Assembly: GCA_965261735.1 (NCBI GenBank)
Contig: OZ253470.1
Location: 2,944,001 to 3,008,000, forward strand
DNA length: 64,000 nt
Source: Alphaproteobacteria bacterium
GTDB taxonomy: Bacteria > Pseudomonadota > Alphaproteobacteria > SHVV01
Direction: 5' to 3'
Shown: one piece after another, positions 19,525-29,129 of the stretch
Position numbering within the stretch: the first letter of the stretch is position 1
How the letters are laid out: each line of letters begins with the position of its first letter
Notes under the pieces: model-generated
Seen by the model: only the letters and a program-made list of their open reading frames with translations
What the model was told of the DNA's origin: nothing
The model's database searches: none
Translations under genes and position numbers: made by a program

Positions 19525-20415
19525 TCAGTAGCCGGCGCGCGCCTCCTCGGCCACGCCGTAGCGCTCCTCGAGCCGCTGCACCTCGCCCATGCCCAGCAGG
19601 TCGAAGAACTCGGTGAACGAGGCGACCTCGTTCATGAGGCCGGCGATCGAGCCCGACGATTTGATCTCCTCGAGCACCCGCCTCTCGGCGCGGATGGCGG
19701 CGAGGAGAAGGTGGTTGGGGAAGATGATGAGCTTGAAGCCAAGATCGGCGATGACGTCGGCGGCAAGCACCGGCGTCTTGCCGCTGGCCGACATGTTGTA
19801 GAGCAGCGGCACCGACGTGCGGCCCGGAATGACTTCGATCTGCTCCGCGTTGGGCGCCTCGACGAACAGCATGTCGGCCCCTGCTTCCTCGTAGGCCGCG
19901 CCGCGCTCGAGCGCCGCCTCGAAGCCCTCCACGGCGATCGCGTCGGTGCGCGCGATCACCACGAAGTCGGGATCGCGGCGTGCGTCCACGGCCGCCTTGA
20001 TCTTGGCCACCATCTCGGCGGTCGGGATAAGCTGCTTACCGCTCATGTGGCCGCAGCGCTTGGGCAGGATCTGGTCCTCGATGTGGAGCGCGGCCGCACC
20101 GGCGCGCTCGTAGGCCTGGACCACGCGGCGTACGTTGAGGGGCCCGCCGTAGCCGTTGTCGGCATCGGCGATCAGCGGCAACCCGGAGGCGTCGGCGATA
20201 CGCCCGACATTATCGGCCATTTCGGTCAGCGTGAGCAGCCCGACGTCGGGCATGCCGAGCCGCACCGCCGTGGTGCCGGCGCCCGACATGTAGATCGCCT
20301 TGAAGCCGCCTTGCGCGACCAGGCGGGCGCTCATGGCCTCGCCTACCCCGGGCGCCAGGATGACGCCGGGCTCGGTCACCATCTCGCGCAGCCGGGTCGA
20401 GGGATTGTCGGTCAT
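19525..20415 (-). CDS. Isocitrate lyase/PEP mutase family enzyme (PrpB/dimethylmalate lyase-like)
   Basis: YMSG, DADNGYGG, IEDQ..PKRCGH, ARTDA. Confidence 0.9.
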   Translation of the reverse strand: MTDNPSTRLREMVTEPGVILAPGVGEAMSARLVAQGGFKAIYMSGAGTTAVRLGMPDVGLLTLTEMADNVGRIADASGLPLIADADNGYGGPLNVRRVVQAYERAGAAALHIEDQILPKRCGHMSGKQLIPTAEMVAKIKAAVDARRDPDFVVIARTDAIAVEGFEAALERGAAYEEAGADMLFVEAPNAEQIEVIPGRTSVPLLYNMSASGKTPVLAADVIADLGFKLIIFPNHLLLAAIRAERRVLEEIKSSGSIAGLMNEVASFTEFFDLLGMGEVQRLEERYGVAEEARAGY

Positions 20416-20425
20416 GTCGGCCTCC

Positions 20426-21337
20426 TCAGGTGGTTGATGCTTGGGTGCGCATCGTCATGATCGCCTGCCCTGCGACGGCGAGCAAGATGACGGTGCCACC
20501 CGCCAGCGAGGCGCCCGCCGGCACCTCGCTCAGGAGGTACCACGCCCATATCGGACTGAGAATAATCTCCAGCGTGCCAAGGAGGGCGACCTCGCCCGCG
20601 CGCACCAGGCGGGCGCCAAAAGTGAAAAGGATATAGGCCGAGAGCGCGATCCCAATCCCCAACAGGAGGCACAACCCTAGGTCGTACGCCGAGATTGCGA
20701 AGCGCGGCGTCGCCACCGCACCTATGAGCGCCGCGAAGCCGGTGCCGAAGGCGAGCACGGGCATCATGTCGACCGCCCGGCCGGCGCGCATCACGACGAC
20801 GAAGCTCGAGAATGCGAGCATCGTGGCAAGCGCCATGAAGTCGCCGGCGAAGCGGCCGCGGGCGAGGCCGTCGCCGACCATGATGGCGATGCCGGCGAAC
20901 GCGGCCAACATGATGATCCAGGTGGCGCCGCTGAGCCGCTCACGGAGCAACAACCACGCGAGAATACCGGTCATGAAGGGAACGGTTCCGCCGATGAAGA
21001 CCACATTGGCGACGCTGGTGTTGAGAAACGCCCACACGCCGAGGCTTGTTGCGGTCGCCATGAAGGCGCCGCCCGCCGGCCCCTTCCACCCCGCGGCGGC
21101 GAAACACCAGAAGAAGCGGTGCCGGTAGCGAAAGGCGAGGATCGCGATCACGGCCACGAACATCGCAATGTTGCGGTAGAAGATGATCTGCCAGCCGTCC
21201 GCGTCCTCGACGAGCCGTATGACGCTGCCGATGGTGCTCGATAGGAACGTCGAGCCGAGCACGAAAGCGACGCCGAGACCGCCGCGCCGCGCCGCGCCGT
21301 AGGTGGGTGTCCCGAGCACCGAGCGTTGCGACGTCAT
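20426..21337 (-). CDS. DMT/EamA family transporter
   Basis: 10 TM helices; TSVANV, E.IL.P.W motifs. Confidence 0.85.
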   Translation of the reverse strand: MTSQRSVLGTPTYGAARRGGLGVAFVLGSTFLSSTIGSVIRLVEDADGWQIIFYRNIAMFVAVIAILAFRYRHRFFWCFAAAGWKGPAGGAFMATATSLGVWAFLNTSVANVVFIGGTVPFMTGILAWLLLRERLSGATWIIMLAAFAGIAIMVGDGLARGRFAGDFMALATMLAFSSFVVVMRAGRAVDMMPVLAFGTGFAALIGAVATPRFAISAYDLGLCLLLGIGIALSAYILFTFGARLVRAGEVALLGTLEIILSPIWAWYLLSEVPAGASLAGGTVILLAVAGQAIMTMRTQASTT

Positions 21338-22275
21338 GGTGCGGCCGACATCCGTCCCAGCGTCCCGACCTCGGGCATGACCTCGGCGATGAGCAACTTC
21401 GTTTGCGCGATCACGTCGTCGTCGCTATCGCCCATGGGCCGCAGCACGAACTTGCTCGCCCCGGCGGCGACGTACTCGCCGAGCCGGCCCACGATGTCGC
21501 CGGCGTCCCCGACCGCGAAGCTCGGCCGCGCATCGCGCCCCGTGCGTTTGGCAAAGGCGGCGATGCTCTTTTCGACGGCGCCGTCGCCCCAGCCGCCGAA
21601 GCGAAAGCCGAACCCGGCGCCGTAGTGGTCGTCGTCGATGCGGCGCCCGAGCTCGGCGGCCGCCACCTTGATTCCGGCAATGACGGGCGCAACCTGCTGC
21701 GGGGTTTCGATGCCGCTGAGCCAGCCGGTGCCGACCCGCGCGGTGCGCCTGATCGCGGCGGCGCTCGACCCGCCGATCCACAGCGGCAGACGCTTCTGCA
21801 CCGGGCGCGGCGCGATCGCGGCACCCGTGTAGTGGAAGTGCTCGCCATGGTAGTCGAGGTGCTCCTGCGACCAGAGCCGCGAGATGATGTCGAGGGCCTC
21901 GTCGGTACGGGCCCCGCGGCCACCGGCGCCACGGTGAATGGTCTGCCACTCCGGTCCCGGCGCCCGGCCGATGCCGAAGGCCGGTAGCAGGCGTCCTGCG
22001 CTGAGGACGTCGATGGTGGCGCACTGCTTGGCGAGCAGCAGCGGATCGCGCAGCCCGGCGGAGGCAACGTTCATTCCGAACTTGAGCCGCTGGGTCGCGC
22101 CCGCGAGCGCCGCCATTACGCTCATGCATTCGAGGAACGGCTCGGTCGAGACCAGTCGGTCGGTTTGCCAGATCGAGTCGACGCCCTCCGCCTCGCACAG
22201 CTCGACCCAGCGCCAGAAGCCGCGCGCCCCCGAGAAGGGGAACTCGGCGATGCCGAGGCCGATCCCAATTGTCAT
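21334..22275 (-). CDS. LLM-class flavin-dependent oxidoreductase
   Basis: DSIWQTDR, RDPLLLAKQCATIDVLSAGRL, PLWIGG. Confidence 0.88.
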   Translation of the reverse strand: MTIGIGLGIAEFPFSGARGFWRWVELCEAEGVDSIWQTDRLVSTEPFLECMSVMAALAGATQRLKFGMNVASAGLRDPLLLAKQCATIDVLSAGRLLPAFGIGRAPGPEWQTIHRGAGGRGARTDEALDIISRLWSQEHLDYHGEHFHYTGAAIAPRPVQKRLPLWIGGSSAAAIRRTARVGTGWLSGIETPQQVAPVIAGIKVAAAELGRRIDDDHYGAGFGFRFGGWGDGAVEKSIAAFAKRTGRDARPSFAVGDAGDIVGRLGEYVAAGASKFVLRPMGDSDDDVIAQTKLLIAEVMPEVGTLGRMSAAP

Positions 22276-22349
22276 GTGGTCCTCCTCGCGCGCTCGAGTG
22301 CCCGGCCGGCCCGGCGGTCCGGGAGCCGGCGCGGCTCAAGCTTGCGATC

Positions 22350-23240
22350 TTACGCGACGGCGCGGTTGGTTGCTTCGCTGGCGCGCGGCCAAAGGCGCGG
22401 GAAGATATGGTGATGCGGGTCGTCGGGAAAGGGATCGCCCGCTTCGAGGCCCGGATCGACGATCGGCCGTACGCTGTTCTTGTTCTTGCGCACCGCATAG
22501 GTGGCGTCGCCGCCCGCGAACCGGTAGCCGAACGCGCGGCGCCGCCGCGCAGTCGCGTTGCCCGGACCGCCATGCGAGATCATCGGATGATGTATCGTGA
22601 AATCGCCGGGCGCCATGCTGTAGGTGAGGATGTCGTAGGCCTTCTTGTTGCCGCCGATGTCCGGCATGGGCTCGAGCTCGACCGCGCCCTGTTCAGGGGT
22701 GAAGTGCCGGTAGTGTGAGTGCTTGTAGGGATCGCCGGAAAAGAGGGGCTCGTACCACGTCGTCCATTTATGCGATCCGCGCACGAACTCGACCGCGCCG
22801 CTCTCCGGGGTAACCTTGTCGAGGGCGATCCATATGCTGCAGTTCTGCCAGCCGTCGATCGGGCTGCCCGGTTGGTCCTGGTGCCAGCGCGTCGGCGAGG
22901 CCGTGTGTGGTTCCTTGACCAGCATGAAGTCGAAGGCGAGGTTGACGCGCCGCGAGCGCATGAACGATGCCGCGAGTTCGGCCACTGGAGAGTCGAAGGC
23001 AAAGGTGCGGAAGTCCTCGCTCACGGTCCACAGATAGTTGTCGAAGGCATGGCGGCCCGGAATATCGGGCGTGTTGAGGTTCATGCCGACTGCGGTCGGA
23101 TGGGCCAGCATGTAGTCGACGGCGGTGCGCATAAACGCGATCCAGGCGTCGTCGAACATGCCGCGCACGCACACCACGCCGTCCGCCTCGAACGCGCGCA
23201 GCTCGTCGTCCGTGACCGCCCGGAGCGGCCGCCGGTTCAT
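22350..23240 (-). CDS. Phytanoyl-CoA dioxygenase (PhyH) family Fe/2OG enzyme
   Basis: T.WHQD, WIALD, GSHKW, H...HG. Confidence 0.88.
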   Translation of the reverse strand: MNRRPLRAVTDDELRAFEADGVVCVRGMFDDAWIAFMRTAVDYMLAHPTAVGMNLNTPDIPGRHAFDNYLWTVSEDFRTFAFDSPVAELAASFMRSRRVNLAFDFMLVKEPHTASPTRWHQDQPGSPIDGWQNCSIWIALDKVTPESGAVEFVRGSHKWTTWYEPLFSGDPYKHSHYRHFTPEQGAVELEPMPDIGGNKKAYDILTYSMAPGDFTIHHPMISHGGPGNATARRRRAFGYRFAGGDATYAVRKNKNSVRPIVDPGLEAGDPFPDDPHHHIFPRLWPRASEATNRAVA

Positions 23241-23244
23241 GGTC

Positions 23245-23928
23245 CTAGCCACCCACCATCGCGTGCGCCGCCTCCAGCACCTCGTCGTCGCTCGGATGCT
23301 TGCCATACTCGCTCGGGTCGCTCAGGGCCTCGACGAAGAGCCAGCGCACGATGCCGCCGCGATCGATCAGGAAGTAGCTGACCAGCGGCGACAGGTCGGC
23401 CGGCGGACCCGCCTCATCGGTGGACACAGGTTCGAATCCGTCGATCTCGTCGAGCGCGTTGCTCGCCTCGATGACCGGAAGCGCCTCGGGCAGCTCGCCG
23501 GTGGGGTTGAGCCGAATGTTCACCAGGTCTTTCGGGTTCAAACAGGTCGGCCAGTTCGTGGGCTCATCCCGCGTCACGCGGTAAATCGGAACGCCGTAGG
23601 CACGGTGGCTGACGAGCTGCGGGTCGGAGGCGAGAGGTAACCCCGGCGGCCGGTAGCGCGAGTACAGGCGCGCCTGCTTCAGCGGCGTCGTCGTGACTCC
23701 CAAATAGTCGACGCCGACGTCCGCCAGCTTGTCGGCGGTGCCTTTGGCGCTGGCGATCAGGCGCCGGCAAAAGGGACAACTGAAGGAGCGCAGAAGGCAC
23801 AGCAGCAGCGGCGTCCTGCCGGTGTAGGCCTGGAGCGTCGCCCGTCCGTCCCCACTCACGGCGGGTAGGTCGAAATCCGGCGCCGGCTGACCCGCTTGCA
23901 CCAACGCGTTCGTATATTGCGTGTCCAT
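23245..23928 (-). CDS. AhpC/TSA-like redoxin domain protein
   Basis: GQPAPDFDLP, CPFC, FLIDRGGIVRW. Confidence 0.8.
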   Translation of the reverse strand: MDTQYTNALVQAGQPAPDFDLPAVSGDGRATLQAYTGRTPLLLCLLRSFSCPFCRRLIASAKGTADKLADVGVDYLGVTTTPLKQARLYSRYRPPGLPLASDPQLVSHRAYGVPIYRVTRDEPTNWPTCLNPKDLVNIRLNPTGELPEALPVIEASNALDEIDGFEPVSTDEAGPPADLSPLVSYFLIDRGGIVRWLFVEALSDPSEYGKHPSDDEVLEAAHAMVGG

Positions 23929-24125
23929 ACTATGTCTCGATTTCCGGGCCTAGTCGATCGAGGCAGTCTGCTCCCTTTGACTTGCCGAGGCAACCGCGCG
24001 GGGTCGCCACCGAGGCCGCCTTTTGGCGCTATCAGGTCAATCCCGCACCTTGGTCTGGATCAATGCGCGGCGGTGGTTTAACCTCTCCTACTAACAACAC
24101 GATTTGCGTCTATTGGGAGGCACTC

Positions 24126-25262
24126 ATGGCGACGAAGTCCGCGGCCGCGCGCGTCGAGCGATATTCCCCCGATCCCGATCACGCTCTCACCCTTCCGTCG
24201 CACTATTACTTCGACAAGGACATCTACGCCCGCGAGCTCGAGGAAGTCTGGTTCAAGACATGGCAGTACATCGGGTTCACGTCCGAGCTGAAGGAGCCTG
24301 GCGACTACATCAGCACCTTCATCGTCGACCAGCCGGTGTTCGTCGTGCGCAACAAGGACGGGGACTTGCGCGCCTTCTACAACGTATGCATGCACCGCGG
24401 GCACATCCTGGTCGAGGGCAAGGGCAATACGCGCATGGTCACCTGCCCCTTCCACGCCTGGACCTACGATCTCGAAGGCAACCTCAAGGCCGCCGGCAAC
24501 GCGGAGAACGTGGCCGGGTTCCGGCACGAGGACTTCTGCCTGCCGCAGATCCAGGTCGGCGTGACCGCCGGCATGGTGTTCGTCAACCTTGACGAGGCGG
24601 CAGCGCCCCTCGAGGAGTACCTCGCCGGCTTCGAGGCCGACGTCCGCGCCAAGGTGCCGCGCTTCGACGAACTCAAGGTCGCGCGCCGGGACGACTACGT
24701 CATGGACTTCAACTGGAAGTTTGTGATGGACCAAAACGAGTGCTACCACTGCCCTCACCTCCACCCAGGCGTGATGTCGGGCGACGATGCCTACCTCGAG
24801 CCGAGCTTTGACATCACCATGTACGACCACTGGGACTCGGTCGTGGTCAGCGCCGAGGGCGATGTCGAGAGCCCCTACGGCGCCGGCAAGGACGACGAGG
24901 TCCGCGACGTCTATATCTGGACGGTGTTCCCCAACCTGATCATCTCGACCCACCAGGGGCCGTCGAACTTCAAGGTCCAGCGCGTGTGGCCTACGGGGGC
25001 GGAGACGGCGGCCGGGACCATGGACAATCTGTGCATCAACGATCCGCCCACCGAGATGGACATCAAGCAGTTCAACTACTTCCGCGATCGCGTCTGGGCC
25101 GAGGACAGTCCGGCCATGACCAAGCAGCAGCTCGGCATGAAATCCCTCGGCTACACCCAGGGCCGCCTGATGGTCGATCCGGAACGCTCGTGGAAGAGCG
25201 AGCACGCGGTGCACCATTTCGACAAGCAGGTATGGGAGGCGCTGAACGGCCCCAACTATTAG
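24126..25262 (+). CDS. Rieske non-heme iron oxygenase alpha subunit (carnitine/choline monooxygenase-like)
   Basis: NVCMHRG, CPFHAWTY, ECYHCPHLH, C-terminal SEHAVHHF. Confidence 0.9.
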   Translation: MATKSAAARVERYSPDPDHALTLPSHYYFDKDIYARELEEVWFKTWQYIGFTSELKEPGDYISTFIVDQPVFVVRNKDGDLRAFYNVCMHRGHILVEGKGNTRMVTCPFHAWTYDLEGNLKAAGNAENVAGFRHEDFCLPQIQVGVTAGMVFVNLDEAAAPLEEYLAGFEADVRAKVPRFDELKVARRDDYVMDFNWKFVMDQNECYHCPHLHPGVMSGDDAYLEPSFDITMYDHWDSVVVSAEGDVESPYGAGKDDEVRDVYIWTVFPNLIISTHQGPSNFKVQRVWPTGAETAAGTMDNLCINDPPTEMDIKQFNYFRDRVWAEDSPAMTKQQLGMKSLGYTQGRLMVDPERSWKSEHAVHHFDKQVWEALNGPNY

Positions 25263-25284
25263 AGGCCGCCGCTCCGCAGGATAG

Positions 25285-25314
25285 AGGGCCGATCCCGCCG
25301 GGGTCGGCCCTTTT
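25285..25314 (+). terminator. Rho-independent terminator
   Basis: AGGGCCGATCCC-loop-GGGTCGGCCCT followed by TTT. Confidence 0.6.
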
Positions 25315-25338
25315 CGCTGCTAGCCAAGGGAAGAGAGC

Positions 25339-26100
25339 ATGACAAGTCATCGACCATGGATCGGCCTCGTGACTTTGGCCGGCGCCTTCCTCCTGCCGCT
25401 CCCGGCGCAGGCCGCAGGAGACGGCGTGCACTGGGGCTACACGGGCCACGAGGGGCCGGCCCACTGGGGCGAGTTGTCGCCCGACTACGCGCTGTGCAAA
25501 GACGGCCGCATGCAGTCGCCGGTGGATTTGGCCTCGGCGACGACGCGGGCGGACGTGCGCGTCAACATCGCCTACCGGCCGGTGCCGCTCACCGCGCTCC
25601 ACAATGGCCACACGGTTCAATTCAACGTCGACAACGGCAGCGCCATCACCCTCCACGGCAAGTCTTTCAAGTTGCTGCAGGTTCATTTCCACACACCGAG
25701 CGAGCACACCGTCGCGGGCAAGGCGCATGCGCTCGAGGCCCACTTCGTTCACGCGGCCGGCGACGGCGCACTCGCCGTCATCGGCGTGTTCTTTGGCGCA
25801 GGCGGGAAAAACGCGGCACTCACCGGCCTGATCAGGCACGTGCCCATGGAGGCAGCGAAACCGAGGTCCGTCGCCGGGGTCACGATGAACCCGCGGGCCA
25901 TCCTTCCGCGGGCGCCGCAGTTTTATCGCTACATGGGTTCGCTCACCACGCCGCCCTGCAGCGAGGGCGTGAACTGGCTCGTGGTCGAGGCTCTCGCCAA
26001 CGCGTCCGCGGCCCAGATCGCCGCCCTGCGCCAGGCCATGGGCGCCAATGCCCGCCCGTCGCAACCGGCCAACAACCGCCTCCTCATCGAGCCCAACTGA
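25339..26100 (+). CDS. cah: Periplasmic alpha-carbonic anhydrase
   Basis: Signal peptide, HWGY.G..GP.HW, QSPV, QVHFH, EAHFVH, GSLTTPPCSEGV. Confidence 0.93.
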   Translation: MTSHRPWIGLVTLAGAFLLPLPAQAAGDGVHWGYTGHEGPAHWGELSPDYALCKDGRMQSPVDLASATTRADVRVNIAYRPVPLTALHNGHTVQFNVDNGSAITLHGKSFKLLQVHFHTPSEHTVAGKAHALEAHFVHAAGDGALAVIGVFFGAGGKNAALTGLIRHVPMEAAKPRSVAGVTMNPRAILPRAPQFYRYMGSLTTPPCSEGVNWLVVEALANASAAQIAALRQAMGANARPSQPANNRLLIEPN

Positions 26101-26214
26101 AACGGGCCGGCCCTCGATGCGGCCCGCCGCGGCGACATCTCGCGCTTGCACCTGGCCGCGGCACACGCTCTAGTTGGCTGGGGTCCCTGGGGAGTTGGAG
26201 AGGAGAGTGCGCAC

Positions 26215-26505
26215 ATGACGGCGATCGTGACGGCCCACGTCAAGCTCAAGGACCGGGACAAGCTCCAGGAATATGCCAGCCAGGCCGGCGCCACCCTCGA
26301 GCCCTTCGGCGGCAAGTTCCTGTTGCGCGCGGACAAGAGCGGCGCGGAGCTCGCCGGCACCTACCCGGACGACTTCATGGTCATGCTCGAGTTCCCGGAT
26401 GCCGACGCCGCGCGCGGCTGGTACGGCTCCGAGGCCTACCAGGCCTTGATCCCGGTGCGCGAGCAGGCGGCGGACATGACCTTCGTCGTCCTCGAGCGCC
26501 AGTAG
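26215..26505 (+). CDS. DUF1330 family protein
   Basis: FGGKFL.R, LEFPD...A..WY.S.AYQ. Confidence 0.85.
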   Translation: MTAIVTAHVKLKDRDKLQEYASQAGATLEPFGGKFLLRADKSGAELAGTYPDDFMVMLEFPDADAARGWYGSEAYQALIPVREQAADMTFVVLERQ

Positions 26506-26589
26506 CCGCCGGCGGCGAATCTGGCCTCTGTCGGGCGGCGACTCGACGACGGCGCCGCGCGTTCACCCGCGCCGAGCTTCCAGCACGAT

Positions 26590-27003
26590 ATGAAGCGTCG
26601 GTGTGTATCCGCCGCACTTTGCGCGGCCCTCTTGATGATACCGGCGCTCGATTCGTGGTCAGCGCACGCCGGGTCCGCGTCGCTCCACCCCTATGACGGA
26701 ACGTGGCGGGTCCTACTGAGACCCGAGAGCATCGATCCCGACTGCGTCGCGCTGGAGCTCGCGGCCACCCTGAGGGTTGAGGGCAGCGAGGTCAGCGGGC
26801 TCTTCAACCATGCGTCCACGGGGGTGTACGAAGTCCATGGCGAGATCATGAGCCACGGTGCATCGCTCATCGTCGCTTACGGAGTTGATACGAATAACTT
26901 CACCGGGCTGTTTCAGGACGACCAAGGGTCGGGCCGCTGGAAGAGCCGCATCTTTTTCTGCAAGGGCTCGTGGGTCGCCGAGCGCGAGAGCGTCGGGCAA
27001 TAG
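26590..27003 (+). CDS. Hypothetical exported protein
   Basis: Signal peptide; YDGTW...C...G.W...C.G.W. Confidence 0.6.
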   Translation: MKRRCVSAALCAALLMIPALDSWSAHAGSASLHPYDGTWRVLLRPESIDPDCVALELAATLRVEGSEVSGLFNHASTGVYEVHGEIMSHGASLIVAYGVDTNNFTGLFQDDQGSGRWKSRIFFCKGSWVAERESVGQ

Positions 27004-27307
27004 GGCGTCGGGAGCGCGCCAGGCCTTATCGTAGGGTCATGGGGATCGTTGATAGGCACCGGTGCTGCCGCTGAGGTGGCCCGGAGACGTGGCATTCGAC
27101 GTTCGACATCGAGTTCGAGTGCATCGCGATCGGCTGAGCGAGCCCGGCGCTGCCCGCCCCCGGGCCATGAAACAGGGGAGCCCGCGTCGAAGAACGGTGT
27201 GCTGTTGTCGCGGCGGGACCTTGCCCCTACACTCGCCCCGAGCCGGCGAGAGGGCCTCCGGGTGGGCCTGGCCGGGCCCTATGACCGCCCCGCGAGGAGA
27301 TAGCGAA

Positions 27308-27997
27308 ATGGTCAACAAGTCGCGGTTCAGGCAGGAATTAGAGGAGGCGGTCGGCGAGCGCCATCTCGTCAACCATCCACTCTATAAGAATTGGCGGGAG
27401 GGTGAGCTCAGCCGCCAGGGCATGATGGGTATGATGCTGGAGAGCTGGTTCTGGATCAGCCGGCTCGTGCCCAAGGGCAACTTCCTGATCGCCTCGAAGG
27501 CGCCCCAGGACGTGATCGACATGGAGCTCGAAAACGTCGGCGAGGAGCTCGATCCGAAGAATCCGCACCCGGCGCTGTTCCTGCGTTTCATCAAGGCGTG
27601 CGGCTTCGATCCCGACGCGTTGACCGAGGGCCGCGGACTACCCTCGACGGAGTGGTGGTGCAACTGGCAGCTTGCAGTCGCCGAGCACGAGCCCTGGCAG
27701 GCGGGGGTCGCCGCCATGCACGTCGGCAGCGAGTTCCAAGCCGCCGGCACGATGACGAGCGTGCTCGCGGCGCTCCGCGAGGAGTACAAGTTTTCCGAGC
27801 ATGACATCGAGCATTTCTGGATCCACGGCGAAGCCGACGTGAGGCACAGCGCGTCGGCATTCGAGGTCCTGGAACGCCATTGCACGACGCGCGAACTCAA
27901 GGACCTCGCCGCCCGCCACGTTCGCGACAGCGCCCGCTTCAAGTGGTTCTTCACCGACTGCATCTATCTCCACTACGAAAAAGGCGAGCTCAACTGA
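27308..27997 (+). CDS. Heme-oxygenase-like (TenA/PqqC/CADD) iron-containing redox enzyme
   Basis: NHPLY..W.EG.L, EN..EE.....H, SE, F..H.EAD..H ligand pattern. Confidence 0.78.
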   Translation: MVNKSRFRQELEEAVGERHLVNHPLYKNWREGELSRQGMMGMMLESWFWISRLVPKGNFLIASKAPQDVIDMELENVGEELDPKNPHPALFLRFIKACGFDPDALTEGRGLPSTEWWCNWQLAVAEHEPWQAGVAAMHVGSEFQAAGTMTSVLAALREEYKFSEHDIEHFWIHGEADVRHSASAFEVLERHCTTRELKDLAARHVRDSARFKWFFTDCIYLHYEKGELN

Positions 27998-28019
27998 GCG
28001 TCGCCGCGCGGACCCCATC

Positions 28020-28943
28020 ATGCATCAGATGCCGCAACCGAACCCGGTAACGACCAAGCCGAAATTCGCGATGCCGGAAAAGGCCTGCGACACGCAGGTC
28101 CACCTGTTCCACGGCGTCGAGGAGGCCGGTGAGGCCTCCAGCGGGGCGCTGGGTGATGAGTCCGTGCCGGGCCAGCGCGCCTACCTGCCGCCGCACGCGC
28201 CGCTCGAAGCGATGCTAAACATGCACCGCGCGGCAGGCATCGAGCGCGGGGTGTTCGTCCATCCCCTGCTCTACGGCGGCGATCACAGCATCATGCTCGA
28301 TGCCTTGGCGCGTGCGCCCGGCACATACAGGGGCGTCGCGACGGTCGATGACACGACCTCGGATGCCTCCCTCGAGACCTTCCATCGCGCCGGCGTCCGC
28401 GGCGCGCGATTCCATTTTCGCAGGCTTGTGGGGGAAATCCCCGATGCCGCCGTCTTCCAACGGACGATCGCGCGGATTGCCGAACTCGGCTGGCACGCGG
28501 TGCTGCACGTCCAGGGCGACGAGATGGAAGAGTATGTGCCCTTGTTCAAGTCGCTGACGGTGCCCTTCGTCATCGATCACATGGGGCATATTCACTTTTC
28601 CGATGGCCTCGATCAGCACCCCTTCAAGCTGATGCTCGACCTCATGCGCGAGGACAATTGCTGGGTCAAGATCGCGAACGCCGATCGCTTGTCCGAGGTC
28701 GGACCGCCCGGCTACAGCGACGCCGTCCCCTTCATCCGCGCCATCGTCGAGGCTGCGCCCGAGCGCGTGATTTGGGCGACGGACTGGCCCCAGGTGTTTT
28801 ACAAGACGCCGTTCGACCTCACCGACGAGCTACCGGACACGGGCGATCTTCTTAATCTCCTCTACGATGCGGTGCCCGATTCCGTCATCCTGAGAGGGAT
28901 ACTGGTGGACAATCCGGCCCGCCTCTACGGGTTCGACGACTAG
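28020..28943 (+). CDS. Amidohydrolase family 2 (LigI-like lactonase)
   Basis: ACDTQVH, GVRGARF, VIDHMG, WATDWP, ILVDNPARLY. Confidence 0.85.
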   Translation: MHQMPQPNPVTTKPKFAMPEKACDTQVHLFHGVEEAGEASSGALGDESVPGQRAYLPPHAPLEAMLNMHRAAGIERGVFVHPLLYGGDHSIMLDALARAPGTYRGVATVDDTTSDASLETFHRAGVRGARFHFRRLVGEIPDAAVFQRTIARIAELGWHAVLHVQGDEMEEYVPLFKSLTVPFVIDHMGHIHFSDGLDQHPFKLMLDLMREDNCWVKIANADRLSEVGPPGYSDAVPFIRAIVEAAPERVIWATDWPQVFYKTPFDLTDELPDTGDLLNLLYDAVPDSVILRGILVDNPARLYGFDD

Positions 28944-29129
28944 GGCGCACGCCCGGGGGGGGGGCGTTTGCAATCCCTACGGGCCGAGCGCATACTTTCG
29001 GCGCGAGGCGGACCGAGACGACCCGACACGCGCCTCGAGGCACGGGAAGAGGCAGCCCTAGCATGTGCCGGGCTGCCGGGAGCAGGTCCCGACGCTGCAG
29101 ACAAATAACTAAATTGGGAGGAGCGCGCA

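Noticed and set aside
27040-27300. Possible TPP riboswitch upstream of the TenA-fold gene
   Set aside because: GCTGAG is present but the conserved CCTGA...GGGA core could not be found
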